Part shown: piece by piece, positions 7,001 to 13,192 of the stretch
How the letters are laid out: the number at the start of each line of letters is the position of its first letter
Position numbering within the stretch: position 1 is the stretch's first letter
IMG/VR virus record: IMGVR_UViG_3300010163_002887
Reading direction: 5' to 3' (one strand)
DNA from: a virus
Lineage: Duplodnaviria; Heunggongvirae; Uroviricota; Caudoviricetes
Length of the DNA stretch: 13,192 bases
Program-made: the position numbers and the translations under genes
Notes under the pieces: model-generated
What the model saw: the letters and a program-made list of their open reading frames with translations, nothing else
What the model was told of the DNA's origin: nothing
Databases searched by the model: none

Positions 7001-10000
7001 TTTCCTTGAGCATATAGAATCCGGGTTTCATCGGTTCTGTGCGGATCATGCCAAGTTCATCGGTGGTATAAGTCCCAACCAGGGTGCAGTCACCATGCCC
7101 GGTATCATATCTCAGCTCAAATACAGCACCGGCAAGCGCTTTGCGGGTCGCCTTATCCACCTTCTCAATGATAATCGTGGTATCAGGCTGATCCTCAATA
7201 CGGACGATCGCGTCAATCCCCTTCCCCAGCGTTACGGGGAACGGCTCGTTGTTAAGCGCATACCCACTCGGCGCTTTGACCTCACGGACGGTATACTTCC
7301 CATAAGGGAGAACCTTGGAGTGCGCCCAGCCGGTCTTATCGGAGGTCAGACCAGAATCAACGACGTTCCCATTGGCGTCAAGAACCTCAAATTCGGCATC
7401 CTGGAGCGGGTTTCCGGTAACGGCGTCCACCTTCTGAATGCGAATGGTCGTTTCCGGCCAGTTGAGAATATCGGTGTTGACATTCTTGCCTGCCTTCAAT
7501 TCAACGGTAACGGAGGTATCTTCATCGACATAGCCGGGAGGTGTTTTTGTCTCTACGATTTTGTAAATACCCGGCTCCATCTTTTCAGTCGTGACAGTGC
7601 CGGAGGCATCCGTCGTGTAGGCTTTTACGGTAACGCCCTCGGCGGTACGGATCTCAAATTCAGCACCGGGAATCGGTTCCTTCGTTACGGCGTCGTATTT
7701 GTGGAATGTAATGGTGGTCGTCGGCGTATCGTAGAAGGTAACACTCTGCGGCTTGTCAGCGGTCAGCACAACGTCTTTGACTTCATTGCTGAGCAGATAG
7801 CCGCTTGGCGCTTTGGTTTCGGTAATCTTGTACGTGCCGGGTTCAAGGCGCTTTGTCGTAGCGGAGCCGTCCGCGCCTGTCACCAGCGTATCGACCAGAG
7901 TACCATCGATGCTCCGCACCTCAAATTCAGCGCCAGAGAGCGGGACTTCGGTGCTGCTATCTTTCTTGACAACCGTGATGCTCATAAACTGGCTGTTTTT
8001 CATCTCGACCTCGGTGGCGGCGAAATCCTTCACCTCTACATTGATCGGCTTTGAGATGAGCTGGTAGCCCTTCGGCGCTTCGGTTTCCTTGATAGAGTAC
8101 CAGCCAGCTTGCAGCTCGTTCCAACGGACATAGCCGTCCGCGCCCGAGACCTTCGGCTGACCAATCACACCACCGTTGAGCTTGGAGATGGTGAACGTCG
8201 CACCGGCAAGCGGGAGACCGGTATCCGCGTCAATCTTACGCACGGCGACGCCGCCCGGTTTCTTGTTGGGGATCTCAATGTAGCCGACTTTGCCGTACTG
8301 GAGATGCACGGTATAGACTTCGTTGTTGAGGAGGTATCCGTCAGGAGCCGTGACCTCCTGAATCAGGTAATCGCCCTCCTCCATGTCTTTCAGGACAATC
8401 AAGCCCTGTTCATTAACCTTGGCGTTCTCCTCCACGATTGTCCCGTTCGGACGGGTAATCTTGAAGAAGGCACCCGTCAAGCTGATATTGGTGTCCTCGT
8501 CATACTTGCGGATCATCAGCTCGGTCTTTTTCTGGTTGTAGAAAACAAGCTCATAGACCTTGCCGGAATCGTCGTTCTTTACCTCGAAATACTGGGGTGT
8601 AATATCCAGCACATGTCCTTCGGGTACGACAATCTCTTTCACGCAGTACCGGCCGGGTTTCAGATTGGAAACGCTGGTATAGCCGGTTTCATCGGTCGGA
8701 TCGGTATCGCACACATGGATACCCGCCGCCGTCTCAATGGAGAATCGAGCGCCCTTGAGCGGGAGTCTTGTGTCTTCATCCAGTTTCAGGATGTACAGAC
8801 GACCATAGGCGCGGTTTTCAAAGGTGACAGTGTAGGTCTTCTGCTGATCCTTAATCTGCACATTCTTAGGGGTCGGATCAATCACATAGCCCTCGGGAAC
8901 GCCAATTTCCTCAATCGTATACGTCCCAGCGTCCAGTCCCTCCAGAGCAATGATGCCATCGTCTTCCGTGGTACGGTCGAATGGGGCGGCTGTGAGCGGG
9001 GAGCGGGGCGTGATGCGGAAGGTAACGCCTGCGAGGGGCAGTTTGGTCACAGCGTCGATCTTGCGAATCAGGATACCGGACTTGGAGGTATTCAGTCGTT
9101 CATAGGTCACAACAGGCTCAGAGTCGGCGGTCAGGATAATCGTCTTAACATCCTGTCCCCCATCTGCCCATGAACCCTTTTCGCTGTAGCCCTTCGGGGG
9201 CTTGGTCTCCCTCAACTCATATGTCCCGTTAGGCAGCTTATCAAACGTAAAGGAACCATCCTTTGCGGTTGTGCCTGTGCGGTCGGGAATCAGGCCGTCA
9301 ACGGAGTGCAGCAGGAATTCCGCACCCTCCAGCGGCCAGTTGGTCTGCGCGTCTTTCTTGATAACGCGGATCTTGCGGTAGCTGCTGTCCTCGAACTCAA
9401 ACTCGATCAGGCTCTGGCCGGGCTTGAGGGTTTGCGTTACGGTGCGGTTGCCAGACTCAGGCTGATTGTCCAAGTTGTAGCCCTCCGGGGCAGTCAACTC
9501 GGTCGCCGTGATTGCCCAGCCACCGGTATTCTCCTCATTGAGATAGTCTTTGTAGACATTGTAGTCAATCTTGATTTCGCCGTTCGCGTCCGTGGTGAAC
9601 GGGCAGCCGGGGATCTTCTGACCATCAATACTGATGTCAAAAGTCGCGCCGGGGAGCGGGTCTTGCGTCTCTTTATCTCGCTTGATCAGGAGAATGCTCG
9701 GATAAGGTTTATCATAGAAGGCAAACTCAAGGAGTTTCTGGCCCTTCTTCATCATGAGCGTCTGGGTGTCCGGGTCGGCTTTGAGGAAGCCTTTGGGGGC
9801 TTTGGTTTCGGTGACGGTAACGGAATGCTCTTCCGCCTTGCCGTCCCAGATCGCGGAATACTCATCGCTCGTAATGTGGATCTCGCCGTTGCCGTCTGTG
9901 GTGTAAGTGTCAAGCTCCTTGCCATCGATTACGACCTTGAACTCGGCCCCGGAGAGGCGTTCAGTCGTACCCTCTTTGAACTTGTGGATGATGATTTCGC

Positions 10001-12134
10001 CATGCTTGCTATCGGTAAAGGTGAACATGGCCTTTGTTTGACCTTTCTTGAGGGTCAGCGTCTGGGTGTCGGGCTGGTCGATGTCATAGCCGTCCGGGGC
10101 TTTAATTTCCTTGACCACAACAGTGTGCGTCTCTTTGGCTGCGTCCATGAACTCGCCATAGCGTTCCGGCGTGATGATGATCGTACCACTGATGCCAGTC
10201 ATTTCGGTGGGGACTTCATTGCCGTCGATGGTCACTTTGAACTGTGCGCCCTCCAGCGGCTCGTTGGTTCCCTTCTCCAACTTTTTGATGATCAGCTCAG
10301 GCAGATCGTTGTTCACGCACACAGCCTTGTACACACGCATCTCGCTGCCTTCATCCAGAACAAATCTAAACACATGGTTGACTGGGATGACCTTGCCACT
10401 GGGCGCTTTGATCTCGACAAGTTCATATTCGCCGGATTCCAGATCCTCCAGAACGACCATACCGTCGTCGCCCGAGGTCTTTGTGGTGAGCTTTGTGCCA
10501 TCTTTCCAGATTTCAAACTCGGCACCGGGAAGGGGCTGGTTATTTTCATCAACTTTCAACAGCTCAATACGGAACTTTTTGTAGTCCTCAAAGACAATCG
10601 GGCCAGAATTGTAGGCTTTCCCATCTTCAAGCCAGAAAGAAATATCAAATACTTTATCAGTCTTCAGATATCCCTGGGGCGCGGTTTCCTCTGTAACCTT
10701 ATAGTTTCCGGGGGCGATGTAATTTTCGTCGCCAGGATTCCACCACTGGAGGTCAAGAGCACCCTCTGCATTTGAGGTAAATGTTTTCGAACCAGAATCG
10801 TTTTCGAACTTAAAGGTTGCCGGGCCAATCCCCTCGCCCGTAACCGCATCAATTTTTTGAAGAATTCCCTTCGGTTTCTGCGGAATATCCTCAAACACGG
10901 CGAGAGGGCTGGTGGCGGGGTTGGATGAGGTGTTGTTGACAGAAGGATCAACAAGAATGTCCACGACATTATCACTCAAACCAATCTCTGGACTGGGCGA
11001 TTCGGTCTCTTTGACATAAACGTGGAACTTGGCGTTTGCTGGGGTTCCATCGGCGGGTTTCAATGCCTTTGAAAGAGCAATTCCGCTGGAATCGGAAACC
11101 ATATCCCCATTGCCAACTGGCATCTTGCACTCCGAATCATAATAGACTTGAAATTTTGCGTTCGGAAGAGGTTGCCCATCCATCATTTTTTGGACTTTGA
11201 CATAAAACCCATCAACAATAGGTTCTGGGTCTGGAATCAAACTCACAAGCATATTCTGCGCACCGCTATCAGTCGCACATTTATATATATAGTGTTTAAA
11301 ATGCGGGATTTTGGTGCCAGGACTCATTATAATACTGTAAATCTGAGTAAACCAGTCGCTCGCCTGGGACAGTGTGTTTGGAACACTAAAAGATGCAAGG
11401 AAAGATTGACGATCTCGTGCTGCCAAAGCTCGATCTGTTGATTCGGAAAATGGCTTGAACTGCCGCCCCTGATTTTCCCATATATCTATTGCAGACCAGA
11501 CCAAAACCTGTCCTTGGTTTGCAAGCTCGTCAATACTCGCTTGTGTCCATGCAGGATAGTCCTTGAAAGTTTGGGCGTATGGAGATTCCACTTCTCCATT
11601 TCGAATCTTCAAATCCGTTGCATCACTACAGGGGCCAAGCTCGGGAAAATAGATTTGGTGAACTTCTTTGTGCAAAAGCTGCTGATAAGCATAGTAATCC
11701 AAATAGCGAACCAGTTCTTCTGCAAAGGGTCCTCCTGTTGTCACAAGCTGAGGTTCAACCCAAGCCTTGCCTTCATATGAGGCATCCATGTGCGCCCCGT
11801 ACTGAGTGCAAAAGCCTTTTGCCTCAATCCCATTGCCCAGATCATAATTGCAGGTAAAATGGGTTATATCTTCATTCATAGCCGAAATGTGATATGTACC
11901 CGTTGTTACCTTATAATAATCTTTTAGTATGATCTGATTTGGCAAAGTCGGCTCCTTTTTGAACGTTCCATCTGGATTAAGACTCTTCAAGTCTGGAACA
12001 TTGAGCATCGGTGCAGGCTTAGGATCGATGTGATCCGCACTTGCTGTCGTAATTGCGCTTGGGAAAATTCCCGCAACAGTCAGCGCAACAAGCAGCAAGG
12101 ACAGAACGCGCTTGGATAGCTTTGTTTTTCGCAT
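3993..12134 (-). CDS. giant surface adhesin, 2713 aa: signal peptide, probable thioester domain, ~23 SpaA/Cna-B (isopeptide Ig-like) repeats, C-terminal LPKTGY
   Basis: AAGGAGGT RBS (12142-12149) before ATG 12134. Signal peptide MRKTKLSKRVLSLLLV...ASA. Recurrent KxD..T..PL.GA.F and G.Y...E..AP.GY motifs. Confidence 0.95.
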   Translation of the reverse strand: MRKTKLSKRVLSLLLVALTVAGIFPSAITTASADHIDPKPAPMLNVPDLKSLNPDGTFKKEPTLPNQIILKDYYKVTTGTYHISAMNEDITHFTCNYDLGNGIEAKGFCTQYGAHMDASYEGKAWVEPQLVTTGGPFAEELVRYLDYYAYQQLLHKEVHQIYFPELGPCSDATDLKIRNGEVESPYAQTFKDYPAWTQASIDELANQGQVLVWSAIDIWENQGRQFKPFSESTDRALAARDRQSFLASFSVPNTLSQASDWFTQIYSIIMSPGTKIPHFKHYIYKCATDSGAQNMLVSLIPDPEPIVDGFYVKVQKMMDGQPLPNAKFQVYYDSECKMPVGNGDMVSDSSGIALSKALKPADGTPANAKFHVYVKETESPSPEIGLSDNVVDILVDPSVNNTSSNPATSPLAVFEDIPQKPKGILQKIDAVTGEGIGPATFKFENDSGSKTFTSNAEGALDLQWWNPGDENYIAPGNYKVTEETAPQGYLKTDKVFDISFWLEDGKAYNSGPIVFEDYKKFRIELLKVDENNQPLPGAEFEIWKDGTKLTTKTSGDDGMVVLEDLESGEYELVEIKAPSGKVIPVNHVFRFVLDEGSEMRVYKAVCVNNDLPELIIKKLEKGTNEPLEGAQFKVTIDGNEVPTEMTGISGTIIITPERYGEFMDAAKETHTVVVKEIKAPDGYDIDQPDTQTLTLKKGQTKAMFTFTDSKHGEIIIHKFKEGTTERLSGAEFKVVIDGKELDTYTTDGNGEIHITSDEYSAIWDGKAEEHSVTVTETKAPKGFLKADPDTQTLMMKKGQKLLEFAFYDKPYPSILLIKRDKETQDPLPGATFDISIDGQKIPGCPFTTDANGEIKIDYNVYKDYLNEENTGGWAITATELTAPEGYNLDNQPESGNRTVTQTLKPGQSLIEFEFEDSSYRKIRVIKKDAQTNWPLEGAEFLLHSVDGLIPDRTGTTAKDGSFTFDKLPNGTYELRETKPPKGYSEKGSWADGGQDVKTIILTADSEPVVTYERLNTSKSGILIRKIDAVTKLPLAGVTFRITPRSPLTAAPFDRTTEDDGIIALEGLDAGTYTIEEIGVPEGYVIDPTPKNVQIKDQQKTYTVTFENRAYGRLYILKLDEDTRLPLKGARFSIETAAGIHVCDTDPTDETGYTSVSNLKPGRYCVKEIVVPEGHVLDITPQYFEVKNDDSGKVYELVFYNQKKTELMIRKYDEDTNISLTGAFFKITRPNGTIVEENAKVNEQGLIVLKDMEEGDYLIQEVTAPDGYLLNNEVYTVHLQYGKVGYIEIPNKKPGGVAVRKIDADTGLPLAGATFTISKLNGGVIGQPKVSGADGYVRWNELQAGWYSIKETEAPKGYQLISKPINVEVKDFAATEVEMKNSQFMSITVVKKDSSTEVPLSGAEFEVRSIDGTLVDTLVTGADGSATTKRLEPGTYKITETKAPSGYLLSNEVKDVVLTADKPQSVTFYDTPTTTITFHKYDAVTKEPIPGAEFEIRTAEGVTVKAYTTDASGTVTTEKMEPGIYKIVETKTPPGYVDEDTSVTVELKAGKNVNTDILNWPETTIRIQKVDAVTGNPLQDAEFEVLDANGNVVDSGLTSDKTGWAHSKVLPYGKYTVREVKAPSGYALNNEPFPVTLGKGIDAIVRIEDQPDTTIIIEKVDKATRKALAGAVFELRYDTGHGDCTLVGTYTTDELGMIRTEPMKPGFYMLKEIKAPVGYEILKEETRICVKAGEYNHFVIENVASGTLTVRKIDSVSGKPVAGAVFKLENADTSDLVGLQETDANGEANWYGLKEGFYIITETQAPDGYTKYPCPKTIQVEYGKHTYVDFKDDENGSLKIVLQDKHTGEYLAEGHFIVIRESDQTIVFDGRTDTTGSIVVGTLIPGEYTIKQVDAPNKYTKIDIELKAKVLIGEQAVVYFKDETAGLVIEKIDAQTPSLLLEGARFQVKRESDGIVVGEYVTGKDGLALVDGLSDGLYTVTELVAPTGYALDAKPQVVHVRGGTTAHATFQDTRISSITLHFIDKDSRQPVSGVSVEIYDANGTLINTYVSDTTGLVQTDRIAAGTYRAKVVKFPDGVNLAGDSEASIELKDGIESTYTFELVAKQVLKIMATDSANKGIAGMEVSIKTLEGAVISGKYVTGSDGSVSVTLKPGTYIVTEVTPPNNYTKSNPAEQQVQVLTSGATVVFKHGNVYGVQITTTCAETNEKVGKAVYTIKDAVSGKLVGEFTGAENGILFTQLIPGHYVITPKTAPSGFQFTSVTPRTVEVKADAITSVDFTVNKNSAMKVQVVDGTTKKGLYGVRLLVKDGTQIVAELTTDNNGYVYLNDSLTVGSYTIEMLNTPAGYIPDTIPKSINTLVGETTSIVWALYTAGGQLQVKVTSADYNRTLDKKAGSALHGAVFEIENVETKQIVGQMISNVQGIAASSALPVGFYRVKMISAPAYYAINETWNPEMQIRVNNDIVQEAVTVTSTNIASNVTLQSNQKIKAGLTMRVDIVTASNDSNVQLENFFMHIKFPTDCARPVAFNTGAWNLPTKYKIMYQTNMRGYETLASDLVSTTTHQYGISTQALGLQAGEYVTDLRLEFGKVPAGFALTQKGYWTQYIMTTVPNGYKVISSVEVGGQQNAVNQSTQHIDNTSPYSSTGAIVIVDAGLQNGDGSAAMSGNSSAWTTDTGLWTAQVVNPSVKTAPVSTNYVPSNYMPSYIPISLPKTGY

Positions 12135-12167
12135 AATTACTACCTCCTTAATATTTTGGGATAATGA

Positions 12168-12197
12168 ATAGTACGGCTTACCGTGAAAAAATATCAA
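12168..12197 (-). promoter_or_regulatory. candidate adhesin promoter
   Basis: TTGATA, 18-nt spacer, TACTAT on the minus strand, between the upstream terminator and the RBS. ACGG-TAAG-CCGT inverted repeat at the spacer/-10 junction. Confidence 0.45.
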
Positions 12198-12234
12198 AAG
12201 AAACAAAAACAAGGCGGCTTATCAGCCGCCTTGT
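12197..12234 (-). terminator. intrinsic terminator after the SLH gene
   Basis: Perfect 11-bp stem ACAAGGCGGCT / AGCCGCCTTGT (12209-12234), then TTTTGTTTCTTTT on the minus strand. Confidence 0.85.
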
Positions 12235-12264
12235 AAAGCATGGATTTAAGAGGTTGCCTTTGCG

Positions 12265-12283
12265 GGAGCCGCTAAGCGGCTCC
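12265..12283. other. second GC-rich hairpin just after the SLH stop codon
   Basis: GGAGCCGC-TAA-GCGGCTCC, 8-bp stem, no U-tract. Confidence 0.5.
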
Positions 12284-12293
12284 GAACCTGAGG

Positions 12294-13190
12294 TTAGTAA
12301 CGAGACCAAATATGGGAACACTGAGCAAACGGATTATTCTTGTCAAGGAAAGGAGCAAGCAACCCCCCTCCTTTTGCAATTTTATCACTTGCATTGCCGC
12401 TAATGTTGTATTCTCCATATAGAACATCTCCATCCCAAACGATTTCAGTAATGACAACTAAATGGTTTTTTTGACCCCCATCCAAAATCCACATCACATC
12501 TCCTACTTTAAGGGAGCTGAAATCTTTGTGTACATTCAGTGGGGCATCTTCGCCAAAAATGTAATCGGAAACAGCAGTAGCATAACTGAGACATCCACTA
12601 CCACCAGATCTCCATACTGTAGCATTGCTATAGTGATAGAAATCCCCACCTTTCCACTCACTCCCCTCCGGCATATCCGCAATCACCGCGTCCAGCATCT
12701 CCTGAATGTTCTCCTCGGTGATCGGCTTACCGTTCGTCAGATAGCCAGCGCGGTACGGAGGGGTGACAGCATTGATTCTATCCATCATCTGCTGCACATT
12801 CTCGCCCTCCAGCATACGGAAGTGCGGAATGCCCCACTCATTCAAATCCCTCTGGTCGACCGTCGCCGGGGTTTCAGTCGGGGCCGGTGTTTCAGAGGGA
12901 GTCTCGGCAGGCGTGCTCCCCGCCAGAGCGCTCTTGATTCGGACATAGATTGCTGCTGTCTGGGCGCGGGTCAGGGTGGCTTTCGGGGAGAAGTTGCCAG
13001 CCTTGTCTACGCCTTGAAGGATGCCTTTGTTATAGCAGAAGGCGACGCTATACATATAAGATTCGTTCAGAGAGGCAGCATCGGGAATCTTCTCCAGCCC
13101 TTCGTCAAGGGCGGCGTCGGTGTTGGCGCGTTCATACAACTTGTTGGGATAGGCGTTGTAGATGATATGAGCCATCTCTTCACGAGTCAG
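12294..13190 (-). CDS. S-layer homology (SLH) domain protein, 5'-truncated, with a Pro/Thr linker and a C-terminal putative Cys-His (NlpC/P60/CHAP-like) domain
   Basis: Frame is open to the window edge (LTREEMAHIIY). SLH motif YNKGILQG...NFSPKATLTRAQTA. TPAETPSETPAPTETP linker. SGCLSYA..VSD.IFG followed by GD..W....NHLVVI. Confidence 0.9.
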   Translation of the reverse strand: MTREEMAHIIYNAYPNKLYERANTDAALDEGLEKIPDAASLNESYMYSVAFCYNKGILQGVDKAGNFSPKATLTRAQTAAIYVRIKSALAGSTPAETPSETPAPTETPATVDQRDLNEWGIPHFRMLEGENVQQMMDRINAVTPPYRAGYLTNGKPITEENIQEMLDAVIADMPEGSEWKGGDFYHYSNATVWRSGGSGCLSYATAVSDYIFGEDAPLNVHKDFSSLKVGDVMWILDGGQKNHLVVITEIVWDGDVLYGEYNISGNASDKIAKGGGLLAPFLDKNNPFAQCSHIWSRY

Positions 13191-13192
13191 AG

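Noticed and set aside
9757-10070. 14-nt exact repeat AGCGTCTGGGTGTC, 300 nt apart
   Set aside because: It encodes DTQT(L) in adjacent paralogous Ig domains; this is ordinary domain duplication.
4098-10775. Long plus-strand ORFs (4098-4472, 4596-8054, 8109-9173, 9306-10775)
   Set aside because: All are codon-in-register antisense to the adhesin. Their stops would need TTA/CTA/TCA sense codons, which are rare in this GC-rich gene. No protein-like motifs; these are shadow ORFs.
12135-12212. 26-aa N-terminal extension of the adhesin in the ORF track
   Set aside because: It runs through the upstream terminator tail and the promoter. The RBS and signal peptide point to ATG 12134.
1-13192. CRISPR array, tRNA/rRNA, integrase, transposase or sortase genes
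   Set aside because: No regularly spaced repeats, cloverleaf structures or catalytic motifs of these families were seen.

Overview
Likely a Clostridia-type (Firmicutes) mobile or accessory region. The right two-thirds (minus strand) carry a partial S-layer-homology (SLH) protein and a 2713-aa surface adhesin. The adhesin has a signal peptide, a probable thioester (TED) tip domain and about 23 SpaA/Cna-B-like Ig repeats, and ends abruptly in LPKTGY* with no membrane anchor. The left 4 kb is a lower-GC patchwork of small genes, promoters and terminators. Best signals: (1) the adhesin's last codons plus terminator hairpin are duplicated 1317 bp downstream (64/71 identical), bracketing an integrase-less two-gene cassette; (2) a ~95-nt structured IS200/IS605 right-end/omegaRNA-like orphan sits inside that cassette, flush against a stop codon; (3) two look-alike promoter-short RNA-terminator units; (4) a ~2.1-kb low-GC block spanning the SLH C-terminal domain and the adhesin tip. 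All family calls come from motif recognition, not database searches. GC values are hand counts of 60-nt lines.
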